Source of the DNA: an uncultured Bacteroidales bacterium
GTDB taxonomy: Bacteria; Bacteroidota; Bacteroidia; Bacteroidales; WCHB1-69
Direction: 5' to 3'
Length of the DNA stretch: 64,000 bases
Assembly (NCBI GenBank): GCA_947167635.1
Contig: CAMVIT010000001.1
Span: 3,796-67,795 of the forward strand
Shown here: positions 36,479-46,924 of the stretch, piece by piece
How the letters are laid out: each line of letters starts with the position of its first letter
Position numbering within the stretch: position 1 is the stretch's first letter
Notes under the pieces: model-generated
Seen by the model: the letters and a program-made list of their open reading frames with translations, nothing else
The model's database searches: none
What the model was told of the DNA's origin: nothing
Position numbers and translations under genes: made by a program

Positions 36479-37144
36479 TTGAACAAACAGAGAAAATACA
36501 ATGTAATTGCGTGTATCGTAATTGCAGGCATTATCCTTTTGGATCAGTTGCTCAAGGTGTGGGTGAAGACCCACATGGCCTTGGGGGAGAATATACCTTT
36601 GTTAGGACATTGGTTCAATCTCTATTTTGTTGAAAACGAGGGCATGGCCTTCGGCATCAGCTTGGGTCAGAATTTCGGCAAGTTGATGCTCTCCTTGTTG
36701 CGCATCGTCCTGGTTGTCTTGATGTGCTGGTACACGCACCGGCTCATCAAGCGGGAACGGATGGACGGGCTTACGCTCGCCGTGTTCTGTCTCGTCATTG
36801 CCGGAGCCCTCGGCAACATCATCGACTCCCTGTTCTACGGCCTTGCTTTTAGCGAAAGCGGCCTGATGGTTGTAGCCACGCTCTTCCCCGAAGGTGGCGG
36901 CTACGCCCCGTTTTTCTATGGCAGGGTGGTCGATATGTTCTATCTCAAACTCTTCCCGCTCCCCGACTGGTTCCCGGTTTGGGGCGGCAGCTACTTCTTC
37001 CCCGCTATCTTCAACATCGCCGATGCCTGCATCACCGTGGGCATCTTCCTCATGATTGTTTTCAACAAACGGATCTTCCGTCAGTTAGAACCCGAAAAGA
37101 AAGAATCCGAAGAGATCGCCCCCGAAGGCGAGCCTCTTGCATGA
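36479..37144 (+). CDS. lspA: Lipoprotein signal peptidase (signal peptidase II)
   Basis: FVENEGMAFG, NIIDS, VVDMF and FNIADACI blocks with the two catalytic Asp residues. TTG start at 36479 preferred. The alternative ATG at 36431 overlaps the upstream gene by 47 nt. Confidence 0.85.
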   Translation: MNKQRKYNVIACIVIAGIILLDQLLKVWVKTHMALGENIPLLGHWFNLYFVENEGMAFGISLGQNFGKLMLSLLRIVLVVLMCWYTHRLIKRERMDGLTLAVFCLVIAGALGNIIDSLFYGLAFSESGLMVVATLFPEGGGYAPFFYGRVVDMFYLKLFPLPDWFPVWGGSYFFPAIFNIADACITVGIFLMIVFNKRIFRQLEPEKKESEEIAPEGEPLA

Positions 37145-37185
37145 TGTATTGCAAATTTTTCATTATCAATTAAATAAAAACCACT

Positions 37186-39348
37186 ATGAAATTCTTATCC
37201 AATCTTAAAAAGAGCGCGATGTTGCTTGTCGCAACAGTTTTTTGCGCCACCACTTTCGCCATCAATCCGCCGGATGAGGGCATGTGGCTTCCCATGTTTA
37301 TCAAGAATTACAACTACGCACAGATGCAGAAGCTGGGCTTGCGCCTCACTGCCGAGCAGTTGTATGACATCAACAACTCTTCCCTCAAGGATGCCATTGT
37401 CCAATTGGGTGACGGTTTCTGCACGGGTGAGATGGTCAGCCGCGACGGTCTGATGTTCACCAACCACCACTGCGGTTACTCTTCCGTGGTGGAACTCTCC
37501 AGTGTGGAGCATGACTACCTCGAGAACGGCTTCTTCGCCATGAGCCGCGAAGAGGAGTTGCCCGCCAACTTCCACGTCAACTTCTTGGAAAGAATGGAAG
37601 ATGTGACCAGCATTGTGTTGGCCGAAGTGAAAGAGGATGCTACTGAGAGCGCCCGCGAAAAAGTCATTGAAGCTGCCATCAAGAAGCTCCAAAAGGAAAA
37701 CTCCAACGACGGCCGCTACAAGGTGGTCGTGAAACCCTTCTATGAGGGCAACGAGTACTATATGTTCATTTACACCACGTATGAGGATGTGCGTTTGGTG
37801 TGTGCCCCGCCCAGTGCCATCGGCAAATTCGGCGGCGACACCGACAACTGGATGTGGCCCCGTCACACCGGCGACTTCACGGTGTTCCGCATCTACACTG
37901 CCCCTGACGGCTCCCCTGCCAAGTATGCCAAGGAGAACGTCCCGTTCCACCCCAAGCACTTCCTGCCCATCAGCATCAAGGGTTATCAACCCGGCGACTA
38001 CACGATGATATGGGGCTATCCCGGTTCCACCCAGCGCTTCATGACCTCCTACGAGGTGCAGAACGCCATCAACGTGAACGATCCGGCCATCTATGAGCCC
38101 CTTGACATCATCCTGCCCGTCATCAACGACCATATGAACGCCGATGCCGCCGTGCGTCTCCAATATGCCGACGACTATGCCGGACTGGCCAATTATTGGA
38201 AAAACCAGCATGGCGAGGTGACCAGTTTGCAGAACCTCCGCGTGGTGGAGAAAAAACAGCAACAGGAGAAAGAGCTCACCCAATGGATCAATGCCAGCAC
38301 CGAGCGTCAGAAAAAGTATGGCAATTGCCTTAACGACATCAAGAAAGCGGTGGAGGGCATCAATGGTGACGCTTACAAGGCCATGACCAATGCCAACCTT
38401 TGCCTCAGCTCCTCCGCAACCCTGCTCACCGGCTGGCGTACCCGTAATGCGCTGTCCCTCAAGAAGGGTGAAAAGGGTTTCACCCCTGAAAAAATCGAAA
38501 CGCTGATGAAAACTTACGAGAAGAACTTGGGCAACAAGGACAAGGCCACCGAAATAGACATCATCATGGCCACCCTCAAGACCTGGGAACGCCTCCCGGT
38601 TGACAAGCGCCCCGACATCGACGGATTCCTCGCCAAGAATTTCAAGGGCAGCAAGGAAAACTTCAAGAACGCCCTTGCCAACTCTATTTTTATCTCCAAG
38701 GAGAATTTTGAAAAGTTTGTCAAAAAACCCAACAACAAGGTGCTTGAGAAAGACCCTGTTTACCAATATCTGCAGTCTCTGTTGTCCATGATCATGGTGA
38801 ACCAACATGTGTATAGCGATGCCGAGAAGGTTGACCTGCCGCGTCGCACCTATCTGGCCGCCTTGAAGGAGATGAATGCCAATACGCCGATGTACCCTGA
38901 TGCCAACAGCACTATGCGCACCACGTATGGCACAGTGTGCGACTACTATCCTGCCGACGGTGTCCACTACAACTATTTCACCACCACCAAGGGTATCCTC
39001 GAGAAAGAGATTCCCGGCGATCCTGAGTTCGATGTGCCTGCTAAGCTCAAAGACCTCATCCTGAAGAAAGATTTCGGCCAATATGCCGACAAGGATGGCA
39101 CTCTGCATGTTTGCTTCCTCTCCAACAACGATATCACCGGCGGAAACTCCGGCAGCCCGATCATGAACGGCAACGGCGAGCTCATCGGCTTGGCTTTCGA
39201 CGGCAACTGGGAAGCCCTCAGCAGCGACATTGTCTTCAACACCGAACTGCAGCGCTGCATCAACGTCGATTCCCGTTATGTGCTCTTCATCATCGACAAG
39301 TACGGTGGCCAAGGCTATCTGCTCAATGAGATGGATATCAGAAAATAA
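37186..39348 (+). CDS. S46-family dipeptidyl-peptidase (DPP7/DPP11-like)
   Basis: 720 aa with a signal peptide, an N-terminal PPDEGMWLP...TNHHCGY (His) and a C-terminal TGGNSGSPIMNGNGELIGLAFDGNWE (Ser). Confidence 0.85.
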   Translation: MKFLSNLKKSAMLLVATVFCATTFAINPPDEGMWLPMFIKNYNYAQMQKLGLRLTAEQLYDINNSSLKDAIVQLGDGFCTGEMVSRDGLMFTNHHCGYSSVVELSSVEHDYLENGFFAMSREEELPANFHVNFLERMEDVTSIVLAEVKEDATESAREKVIEAAIKKLQKENSNDGRYKVVVKPFYEGNEYYMFIYTTYEDVRLVCAPPSAIGKFGGDTDNWMWPRHTGDFTVFRIYTAPDGSPAKYAKENVPFHPKHFLPISIKGYQPGDYTMIWGYPGSTQRFMTSYEVQNAINVNDPAIYEPLDIILPVINDHMNADAAVRLQYADDYAGLANYWKNQHGEVTSLQNLRVVEKKQQQEKELTQWINASTERQKKYGNCLNDIKKAVEGINGDAYKAMTNANLCLSSSATLLTGWRTRNALSLKKGEKGFTPEKIETLMKTYEKNLGNKDKATEIDIIMATLKTWERLPVDKRPDIDGFLAKNFKGSKENFKNALANSIFISKENFEKFVKKPNNKVLEKDPVYQYLQSLLSMIMVNQHVYSDAEKVDLPRRTYLAALKEMNANTPMYPDANSTMRTTYGTVCDYYPADGVHYNYFTTTKGILEKEIPGDPEFDVPAKLKDLILKKDFGQYADKDGTLHVCFLSNNDITGGNSGSPIMNGNGELIGLAFDGNWEALSSDIVFNTELQRCINVDSRYVLFIIDKYGGQGYLLNEMDIRK

Positions 39349-39373
39349 CCGATAGAGCCTGCGCTCCACCTTG

Positions 39374-39393
39374 TTGTCTGAGACAATTTTTTT
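39374..39393 (+). terminator. Weak rho-independent terminator after the S46 peptidase gene
   Basis: TTGTC-TGA-GACAA (only a 5-bp stem) followed by TTTTTTT. Confidence 0.3.
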
Positions 39394-39395
39394 CT

Positions 39396-39403
39396 TATTT
39401 TTG
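39396..39403 (+). promoter_or_regulatory. -7 box (TATTTTTG) for typA
   Basis: TATTTTTGCGCC 26 nt upstream of the typA ATG. Confidence 0.45.
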
Positions 39404-39428
39404 CGCCTTTTAGAATAAAAAACGCAAA

Positions 39429-41246
39429 ATGCAAGAAATTAGGAATATAGCAATCATTGCCCACGTTGATCATGGTAAAACCACCCTCGTGGACAGAATA
39501 TTGTACCAAGCGCACCTCTTCCGCGACAACCAGCAGGTGCAAGATTTGGTGCTCGACAACAACGACCTTGAAAGAGAGAGAGGCATTACCATTCTCTCCA
39601 AGAATGTCTCCGTTCGTTACAAAGGCGTAAAGATTAATGTGATTGATACGCCGGGACATAGCGACTTTGGCGGCGAGGTGGAGCGTGTGCTCAATATGGC
39701 CGATGGCGTCCTCTTAGTGGTGGATGCCTTTGAAGGCCCTATGCCGCAGACCCGTTTTGTCACCCAAAAGGCCATCGAACTTGGCCTCAAGCCCATTGTG
39801 GTCATCAACAAGGTTGATAAGCCCAACTGCCAGCCCGACTTGGCACAGGAGGCTGTCTTCGAGCTGATGTTCAACCTTGGGGCTTCCGACGAGCAACTCG
39901 ATTTTCCCACTGTCTATGGTTCCGCCAAGCAAGGCTGGATGGGTCCTGACTGGAACACACCCACCAACGATATCTCCTACCTGCTCGACACTATCGTGAA
40001 ACACATCCCCGCTCCTCATCCGGAAGAGGGTAATTTGCAGATGATGATTTCCTCCCTCGACTTCTCCTCATACGTGGGGCGTATTGCCGTGGGACGTGTC
40101 AAGCGCGGTTCCATTTCGTGGGGCCAGAACGTCTCCCTTGTCAAACGCGACGGCACCGTGCAGCGCTCCAAGGTCAAGGAACTCTATGTGTTCGAAGGTT
40201 TGGGCAAAGAGAAAATCAAGACCCCTGTGGAAGCTGGCGAGATTTGTGCCGTGTTGGGTCTCGACGACTTCGAGATCGGCGACACTGTAGCCGACTTCGA
40301 GAATCCTGAACAACTGACACCCATCAAGGTCGATGAGCCGACCATGAGCATGTTGTTCACCATTAACAATTCCCCATTCTTTGGGAAGGAGGGAAAGTAT
40401 GTGACCTCAAGACACTTGCGCGACCGCCTTTTTGCGGAATTGGAGAAAAACCTCGCTTTGCGCATTGAGGAGACTGACTCTCCGGACCGTCTTAACGTCT
40501 ATGGTCGCGGCATTTTACACCTCTCCATCCTCATTGAGACCATGCGCCGCGAGGGTTATGAGCTTCAGGTCGGTCAGCCACAGGTCATCATCAAGGAGAT
40601 TGACGGCCAGAAGTGTGAACCTATTGAACAATTGTTGGTGCTGGTGCCGGAGGAGATGTCCTCCCGCGTCATCGACTATGTGTCGCGCCGCAAGGGCGAA
40701 CTGATATCAATGGACACGCTCAACGACCGGGTACACTTGAACTTCAACATCCCGTCGCGTGGCCTCATCGGGTTGACCAACCAGCTGTTGACGGCCACCG
40801 AAGGAGAAGCCATCATCTCCCATCGCTTCACAGGTTTTGAGCCGTGGAAGGGCGACATTCCCGGTCGCCATGCCGGTTCCCTTATCGCCATGGAGACGGG
40901 GCAGGCATACGCCTATTCCCTCAACAAGTTGCAGGACCGCGGTCGCTTCTTCATCGAACCCGGCGACCCCGTCTATGCAGGTCAGGTTATCGGCGAGCAT
41001 ATCCGTCAGGGCGATTTGGTCATCAACGTCTGCAAGTCGAAGAAACTCTCCAACATGCGTGCTGCCGGTTCCGATGAGAAACTGGTGCTGGCTCCGGCCA
41101 TCAAGTATTCGTTGGAACAATACATGGAGTTCATCGCCAAGGACGAATATCTGGAGGTGACCCCGCTGTCGCTGCGTGTGCGCAAGATATTGTTGGATGA
41201 AATAGAACGCAAGCGTGCCGCACAACGCGCATCTGATACGCTATAA
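39429..41246 (+). CDS. typA: Translational GTPase TypA/BipA
   Basis: 605 aa with [28 protein letters not shown] and NKVD G-motifs, and a BipA-specific C-terminal region. Confidence 0.92.
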   Translation: MQEIRNIAIIAHVDHGKTTLVDRILYQAHLFRDNQQVQDLVLDNNDLERERGITILSKNVSVRYKGVKINVIDTPGHSDFGGEVERVLNMADGVLLVVDAFEGPMPQTRFVTQKAIELGLKPIVVINKVDKPNCQPDLAQEAVFELMFNLGASDEQLDFPTVYGSAKQGWMGPDWNTPTNDISYLLDTIVKHIPAPHPEEGNLQMMISSLDFSSYVGRIAVGRVKRGSISWGQNVSLVKRDGTVQRSKVKELYVFEGLGKEKIKTPVEAGEICAVLGLDDFEIGDTVADFENPEQLTPIKVDEPTMSMLFTINNSPFFGKEGKYVTSRHLRDRLFAELEKNLALRIEETDSPDRLNVYGRGILHLSILIETMRREGYELQVGQPQVIIKEIDGQKCEPIEQLLVLVPEEMSSRVIDYVSRRKGELISMDTLNDRVHLNFNIPSRGLIGLTNQLLTATEGEAIISHRFTGFEPWKGDIPGRHAGSLIAMETGQAYAYSLNKLQDRGRFFIEPGDPVYAGQVIGEHIRQGDLVINVCKSKKLSNMRAAGSDEKLVLAPAIKYSLEQYMEFIAKDEYLEVTPLSLRVRKILLDEIERKRAAQRASDTL

Positions 41247-41254
41247 AACGATTT

Positions 41255-42070
41255 ATGCAAAAGGAGGAGTTCTATCAGCATTTGTGTGAGGAATTGCGAC
41301 AATACAGATCGCTATATCCTTATTATAAGTTGGTGGACGGGAGTGTTTCCCAGCAGCAGTATCGCAAGGCTTACTTTTTGCAAAGACTGGAATATATTGA
41401 CAATCATATAGATATGTCAAAAAGTCCCATTATTTGGGATTGTGGATGCGGCTACGGATCCACCGGTCTCTATTTTGCCATGAACGGAGTGCCTTCGTAT
41501 GGCACCACCATCGAGTTCTATGCCGATGAAATCGAGAAACGCAAGCATTTTTGGAAACAATTTGGTGATTCGAGCCTCTTTACCTACGAATATGCCAATG
41601 TTTTCGACCAAAACATTCCTGAGGAGAAATACGACTATATCATTTTGCAAGATACCCTGCATCATATTGAGCCTTTGGACGATGGATTGCGCATTTTTTA
41701 CAAGGCTTTGAAAAAAGGTGGAAAATTGGTGTTGATTGAAGAAAATGGCGGTTGTTTGGTCAAGCGTGCGATGCTTTTTCTGCGGCGCGGCAACAAGCGA
41801 GTGATTTCTGTCTATGACGACGTGTTGAAGAAAAACGTGTTGATGGGTAATGAAAATGTCCGTACCGAGGCACAGTGGCGGGAGGCGTTTGCCCGCACCG
41901 GTTTTGTGTTGGAAGAGGATTCCGTCCAATATATCCGCAGATGCTATCCGTGGCGTTTCAATGCGCACAATATGCTACAAATTATTGATTTAGAACAATA
42001 CAAGAGTAAAAACAAGAAACTGTGTCACTATGCCTTTTTCGGGCTGAACATGGTTTTTACCAAACAATAA
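41255..42070 (+). CDS. Class I SAM-dependent methyltransferase
   Basis: 271 aa with motif I IWDCGCGYGSTGLYFA and the post-I/II pattern ILQDTLHHI...GGKLVLIE. Confidence 0.7.
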   Translation: MQKEEFYQHLCEELRQYRSLYPYYKLVDGSVSQQQYRKAYFLQRLEYIDNHIDMSKSPIIWDCGCGYGSTGLYFAMNGVPSYGTTIEFYADEIEKRKHFWKQFGDSSLFTYEYANVFDQNIPEEKYDYIILQDTLHHIEPLDDGLRIFYKALKKGGKLVLIEENGGCLVKRAMLFLRRGNKRVISVYDDVLKKNVLMGNENVRTEAQWREAFARTGFVLEEDSVQYIRRCYPWRFNAHNMLQIIDLEQYKSKNKKLCHYAFFGLNMVFTKQ

Positions 42071-42074
42071 TCCA

Positions 42075-42428
42075 ATGAACACGACCATTCATCTTGCCGA
42101 CATGCAGTTTTATAGTCATCATGGCTGTTTCAAGGAGGAACGCATCATTGGGACACGATTTTCCGTTGACCTTTGGCTTACTTACAATGCATCGTGTGCC
42201 GCCGTTACCGACGATGTGAACGACTCGGTGAACTATGCGCTGGTCTATCAGACGGTGCAACGTGTGATGGACGAGCCATCGCACCTGTTGGAGCATGTGG
42301 CGCGCCGCATGATTGAGGCCGTGAAGAGCGACTTTCCTGCTGTTGAGAGCGTGAAAGCCAAGATTTGCAAACTCAATCCGCCGTTGGGTGGCCAGATGAG
42401 TCATGTGTCGGTGGAAATGGAGGGATAG
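42075..42428 (+). CDS. folB: Dihydroneopterin aldolase
   Basis: 117 aa with the FYSHHGCFKEERIIG...VNYALVYQ... pattern typical of FolB. Confidence 0.75.
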   Translation: MNTTIHLADMQFYSHHGCFKEERIIGTRFSVDLWLTYNASCAAVTDDVNDSVNYALVYQTVQRVMDEPSHLLEHVARRMIEAVKSDFPAVESVKAKICKLNPPLGGQMSHVSVEMEG

Positions 42429-42430
42429 CC

Positions 42431-43444
42431 ATGAGCGAGCTCGTTTCCGAATTGCGGCAACAGCTGCGGGCGCGTTCGGTGCGCAAGTTAGTCGTTGTTG
42501 CGGATGCGACGGTGTCAGCGCTTTATCCGCACTATTGGGATGAGTTTTCTCCGGAATTTTCCACAATGCTCTTAGAAGTGCCTGCGGGCGAGGCTTCCAA
42601 GTCAATTGTGCAGGCTGGGCGACTGTGGCAGCAACTGTTGGACGCGCAATGCGATCGGCAAGTCTTCATCCTCAACTTCGGCGGCGGCATGATTTGCGAC
42701 CTCGGCGGTTTTGTGGCAGCCACCTACAAGCGCGGTGTGCGCTTCGCCAACTGTCCCACCACCTTGTTGGCCATGATTGACGCGGCTGTCGGGGGCAAGA
42801 ACGGCGTCAACATGCAGCATGTCAAAAACTGTATCGGCACATTCAGCCAGCCCGAGTTCGAAATGCCCTGCGATTTGTCGTTCTTGCTAACATTGCCGGA
42901 GGAGGAACTGCTCAGTGGCTTTGGCGAAATGATCAAATATGCCATCATGGATGCGCCATCCCTTTTCGGCGAGTTGGAGGCGATAGGGCATCTGACCCCG
43001 AAGGATATCCAACCCGGATGGATCGACACATGTGTTTCCATCAAACATGAGTATGTAAAAAGGGATCCGTACGACCGGCACGAGCGACATGTTCTCAACT
43101 TGGGGCACACTTGCGGACATGCTCTCGAAAGTCTGTTCGCCGAGGAGGGCAGGCCTGTTGCGCATGGCGAGGCCGTGGCGCTGGGTCTGTTCTACGAGAG
43201 TCGGTTGATGGCACAGATTGGGAATTGCCCGAAGGAGGTCGCAGACCGTATCGAGCGCTTGGTGCGTCGCCATTACCGTGTCCCCGCGTTTGCCGGGAAT
43301 GAGGTGCGGCGGTTAGTGGACTTTATGCTACAGGACAAGAAGAACGAGCGGGGCCGCATCAATTTCGTCAAATTGTGCGGTATCGGGCAGGTTTCTCCCG
43401 ATTGCAGTGTGGAACCGGATTTGTGCAACGGTATTTTCCGATGA
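42431..43444 (+). CDS. aroB: 3-dehydroquinate synthase
   Basis: ~337 aa with GGGMICDLGGFVAATYKRG, PTTLLAMIDAAVGGKNGVN, NLGHTCGHALE and HGEAVALG blocks. Start at the ATG at 42431. Confidence 0.88.
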   Translation: MSELVSELRQQLRARSVRKLVVVADATVSALYPHYWDEFSPEFSTMLLEVPAGEASKSIVQAGRLWQQLLDAQCDRQVFILNFGGGMICDLGGFVAATYKRGVRFANCPTTLLAMIDAAVGGKNGVNMQHVKNCIGTFSQPEFEMPCDLSFLLTLPEEELLSGFGEMIKYAIMDAPSLFGELEAIGHLTPKDIQPGWIDTCVSIKHEYVKRDPYDRHERHVLNLGHTCGHALESLFAEEGRPVAHGEAVALGLFYESRLMAQIGNCPKEVADRIERLVRRHYRVPAFAGNEVRRLVDFMLQDKKNERGRINFVKLCGIGQVSPDCSVEPDLCNGIFR

Positions 43445-43494
43445 TGCGATTCAGATAACCGTGAAAATCCATCATTATGGTTGTCTGACGGGTC

Positions 43495-44280
43495 TTATTC
43501 GTAATAGTCGAATTTCAGGTGTTTCACCGTAATTCCCTTGTTGATGAGTTGTTTCAGGGAGTCGATGCCGATTTGGAGATGGCGCAGACTATAGTTGGCG
43601 CTCACCATTTTGTCGGACTTTTCCGTTTTGATGCCGTCGGGCAGCATCGGCTGGTCGGAGATGAGCAACAGGGCCCCCGTGGGGATGCGGTTGAAGAAGC
43701 CGACGGAGAAGAGGGTGGCCGTTTCCATGTCAACAGCTGTGGCGCGGATGCGGCGGAGGTAATCCTTGAACTCCTCGTCGTGCTCCCAAACGCGGCGGTT
43801 GGTGGTATAGACCGTGCCCGTCCAGTAGTCCAGGCCGTAGTCGCGGATGGTGGTGGAGATGGCCTTTTCCATGTTGAAGGCCGGCAGTGCGGGCACCTCT
43901 TCGGGGAAGTAGTCGCGCGAGGTTCCCTCGCCCCGGATGCCGGCGATGGGCAACAGAAGCTCGCCTAAGCCGATGTAGGATTTCAAGCTGCCGCACTTGC
44001 CGAGGAATAGCACGGCCTTGGGTTTCACCGCCGTGAGCAAGTCCATGATGGTCGCGGCATTGGCACTGCCCATCGTGAAGTTGATGATGGTGATTTCGTC
44101 TTTTGTGGCCGAACGCATCGGCTTGCCCTCACCGTGGACCTCCACGCCCATCAACTCTGCAAAATTATGTACATAATCTTCAAAATTGGTCAGCAGGATG
44201 TAGCGTCCGAACTCGTCCAACTGCATGCCTGTGTAGCGGGGCAGCCAATTTTGCACGATTTCCTCTTTGGTTTTCAACAT
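43495..44280 (-). CDS. amn: AMP nucleosidase (short catalytic-domain form) / PNP-UDP family
   Basis: NWLPRYTG, YILLTNFEDYV, AVDMETATLF blocks. Start moved to the ATG at 44280 because the track start (TTG at 44304) lies inside the -7 box. Confidence 0.65.
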   Translation of the reverse strand: MLKTKEEIVQNWLPRYTGMQLDEFGRYILLTNFEDYVHNFAELMGVEVHGEGKPMRSATKDEITIINFTMGSANAATIMDLLTAVKPKAVLFLGKCGSLKSYIGLGELLLPIAGIRGEGTSRDYFPEEVPALPAFNMEKAISTTIRDYGLDYWTGTVYTTNRRVWEHDEEFKDYLRRIRATAVDMETATLFSVGFFNRIPTGALLLISDQPMLPDGIKTEKSDKMVSANYSLRHLQIGIDSLKQLINKGITVKHLKFDYYE

Positions 44281-44301
44281 AGCTTTGGATTTAAAAGTGT
44301 G

Positions 44302-44309
44302 CAAAGATA
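44302..44309 (-). promoter_or_regulatory. -7 box (TATCTTTG) for amn
   Basis: Minus-strand TATCTTTGCACAC 22 nt upstream of the ATG at 44280. Confidence 0.45.
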
Positions 44310-44362
44310 CAAAAAATCATTTTCCTTTTCCCAAAACCTGCGTTTGTCAATTTTATTGGTGG

Positions 44363-44755
44363 TTATATACCTGATGGCACCAGACCTGCATGAGCAGGTC
44401 TCTAAGCAACGCATTTTTCTAACGCCTCCCTTTCGCGGCGCGGGAGAAGGTTGAGACGAGGTTGTGCGTTGCTCGCCGCGAAACGGGTGTGGGGTTCGAC
44501 GAGCCTGCGTGAGGGATTGAAGCGGAAATGATTTTGGCGGGAATGCGTTTTCTGGCGAGACGGAGGTTCCGCTTGACGCTTCGCGTCTCTCGGAATGGTG
44601 GTGGTGTCTAAGCCAAAATCATTGCAGCGGAAAGCCCGACGGCGCGGCGGCATTTGATGGTGTGTGCAAATGTGACATAATTACCGTCGCCGCGCCGGCA
44701 CGCCCAAATCAAAAAAAGGATGCAAAATCCCTGATTTGTGCCATCAGGTATATAA
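44363..44755 (+). repeat. Copy 2 of the GC-rich repeated element, bracketed by a perfect 18-bp inverted repeat
   Basis: TTATATACCTGATGGCAC (44363-44380) and its exact reverse complement GTGCCATCAGGTATATAA (44738-44755) flank a hairpin AGACCTGC-ATGA-GCAGGTCT (44382-44401) and the 44433-44746 homology block. Confidence 0.75.
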
Positions 44756-44763
44756 TTCCCGTT

Positions 44764-45918
44764 TTATAATATGTAATCGTTTATTTCTTCCAAAAAGCGG
44801 ATCACTTTGTCCGGATTCTTTTCATCAGTGGGCAAATTGAGCATCTGCGATGCTTTTTCAACGGCTATGGGGTATTTGTCGCCTTGCAGATTCCATTGCT
44901 CCCAGTGCTCGCAGACAGGGTGGATGGGGCTGCAAAACCATTCGCCAAGCGGTATGTGCTGTTTCTCGGCCATTTCCAACACTTTTTCCCTTTGGGACAC
45001 CAATAGGGGAAATTTCAAAAAAGAGTGGTCGTCAAAAAGTGCGGGGTTTACAGCGGTTTTGCCGTGTTGCCGGAGGTAGTCGTTGTAAATACGGGCATTG
45101 TTTTTCCGAAGAGCCATGGCATTGCCAAGATGCTGCAGGTTTTGCAGCCCTTTTTTCATTTGTGTGGGCGACAGGGCTTTGAAATAGTGATCGGGCATGA
45201 GGGTGGAGATCAGTTCGGCACCGCCGGAAGAACCTTGGACGAGGTTGTGCCGGCTCAGCCACCGGTAAAGGCGTATCATCCACCAGTAACGTTTTTCGGT
45301 GAGTATTTTTTCACGCACGAAATAGAGCATGGATAAAGAGAGGGCGTCTTTTCGGGTGGCCGGTTCCATCTGGCTGTTGACGGCTGCAATTTTCGATGCC
45401 AGTTCCGGATTCTGCACCCAGGCGAATCCACCCACACCAGTGCTGAAAGGCTTGTTCCATTGGGTGGAATAAAAGGCTGCATCGCAGTAGCTGCCGTTCG
45501 GTTTGCCATGGTAGCTGCCACCAAACCCGTGGGTGCAGTCCTCTATGGTGTAGATCCGCCGGCTGTGTGCCAAAGCTTGTATCTGTTCCACGTTGGATGA
45601 CAAACCGAACGTGTTTTGGCAAATGATCACCTTGGTCCGCTCCGTGATGGCTTGTTGCAGACACTGCAGGTCGGCATTGTAAGTGACGGGATCGATGTCA
45701 ACATAAATGGGGGTCGCCCCCAAATATTTGATGGCGTTGGGTACCACCACGCAGGTGAAGGCAGGTATGACAACTTCATCGCCCTGATGCACATCCATAG
45801 CTTTCAAGATGGCATAGAGCGCGACCCTGCCCTTGTAATACAGGTGAATATGATCGGGCGAAGTGTGCAAATACGCCGCGATGGATGTTTTATACTGATG
45901 CTCTATGTCACGTTTCAT
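44764..45918 (-). CDS. DegT/DnrJ/EryC1/StrS-family PLP-dependent sugar aminotransferase
   Basis: ~384 aa with family-like blocks (DEVVIPAFTCVVVPNAI, IEDCTHGFGG, FYSTQWNKPFS). The ATG at 45918 overlaps the upstream GT2 stop (ATGA). Confidence 0.7.
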   Translation of the reverse strand: MKRDIEHQYKTSIAAYLHTSPDHIHLYYKGRVALYAILKAMDVHQGDEVVIPAFTCVVVPNAIKYLGATPIYVDIDPVTYNADLQCLQQAITERTKVIICQNTFGLSSNVEQIQALAHSRRIYTIEDCTHGFGGSYHGKPNGSYCDAAFYSTQWNKPFSTGVGGFAWVQNPELASKIAAVNSQMEPATRKDALSLSMLYFVREKILTEKRYWWMIRLYRWLSRHNLVQGSSGGAELISTLMPDHYFKALSPTQMKKGLQNLQHLGNAMALRKNNARIYNDYLRQHGKTAVNPALFDDHSFLKFPLLVSQREKVLEMAEKQHIPLGEWFCSPIHPVCEHWEQWNLQGDKYPIAVEKASQMLNLPTDEKNPDKVIRFLEEINDYIL

Positions 45919-46904
45919 TTTTTCACGGATTTGAATATTCCGACGAGAGAACCTGTTGCATACGAGAAATGGAGCACGATGAAGGCTAAGCACAAATAAC
46001 CGAAATGCCTGCGTTTACGGAGGGAGATAATCGTGCAGGTGATCAGTAGGAATATCAGGTATAATGTCAAGGATAAGGCCGAAATCAGGATGAACGGCCA
46101 ATATGCGATGGAACAAATGGCAGGGATGATGAGGGACAGCAAGAACAAAAGAGGCACGAAGTGTCTTATGGACAATGAGGAGAAATGTTTTGTGATTTTC
46201 ACCGTAAGCAAGTTCCAAAGCCCGTTGAGATAATTGTTCCGGGCTATGCTTGCAAATGTTTCCCGGGCATAATAAGTACACAGCACTTGGGGAAGCAAGT
46301 ATATTTTTCCGCCACCTGCATGTATGCGTTTGTTGAGTTCTATGTCCTGGTTGCGCACCAAAAGGGTGTTGTACAAACCAAAGCGGGTAAAGACGTCCCG
46401 GCGGAAACACCCGAAAGGCACGGTGTCGGCCTCCATGATGTCGTCATTGCCGGTGTCAATGCGGAAAGCGGAGTTCCCCACCCCGAATTTGTGGCAGAGA
46501 ACCTCTTTTATGGCATCGGTTTTGGGTGTGTGGTGCAGCACGTCGGTACGCCACCGGGCACCCACGTTGTCAGCCTGGAGGGTCTGCAACGCAGAGGTCA
46601 AGGTTGAGAAATAGTTGCTTTGATAGTCGGCGTGGGCATCCAGACGCATGATAATGTCGCCTTTGGCCATGCCGATTCCGATGTTCATGCCGTAGGGTAC
46701 AATACGGTTCGGGTTGTCAATCAGATGAATATAGGGGTACTGTCGGACATAGTCGCTTATAATACGGCGGGTATTGTCGCTGCTGAGCCCATCAATGAAA
46801 AAGACCTCCAAATTCTCTTTGTCATAATCCTGATTAATAATGGAATGCAGGCAGTGCTCTATGTATTTTTCTTCATTATATACGGGTATGATTACGGAAA
46901 GCAT
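45915..46904 (-). CDS. Glycosyltransferase family 2 with a C-terminal membrane anchor
   Basis: LSVIIPVYNEEKYI, FIDGLSSDNT and RLDAHA (the DxD/ED region of GT2), followed by TM helices at the C-terminus. Confidence 0.8.
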   Translation of the reverse strand: MLSVIIPVYNEEKYIEHCLHSIINQDYDKENLEVFFIDGLSSDNTRRIISDYVRQYPYIHLIDNPNRIVPYGMNIGIGMAKGDIIMRLDAHADYQSNYFSTLTSALQTLQADNVGARWRTDVLHHTPKTDAIKEVLCHKFGVGNSAFRIDTGNDDIMEADTVPFGCFRRDVFTRFGLYNTLLVRNQDIELNKRIHAGGGKIYLLPQVLCTYYARETFASIARNNYLNGLWNLLTVKITKHFSSLSIRHFVPLLFLLSLIIPAICSIAYWPFILISALSLTLYLIFLLITCTIISLRKRRHFGYLCLAFIVLHFSYATGSLVGIFKSVKK

Positions 46905-46924
46905 GGCGTGTGACGGTCAGAGGG

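Noticed and set aside
44363-44755. The IR-flanked segment as a classical Bacteroidales invertible promoter controlling a polysaccharide locus.
   Set aside because: I found no exact TAnnTTTG box on either strand between the inverted repeats. The segment lies at the 3' end, not the 5' end, of the adjacent polysaccharide operon. No site-specific recombinase gene is nearby. Inversion is kept only as a low-probability alternative in the finding above.
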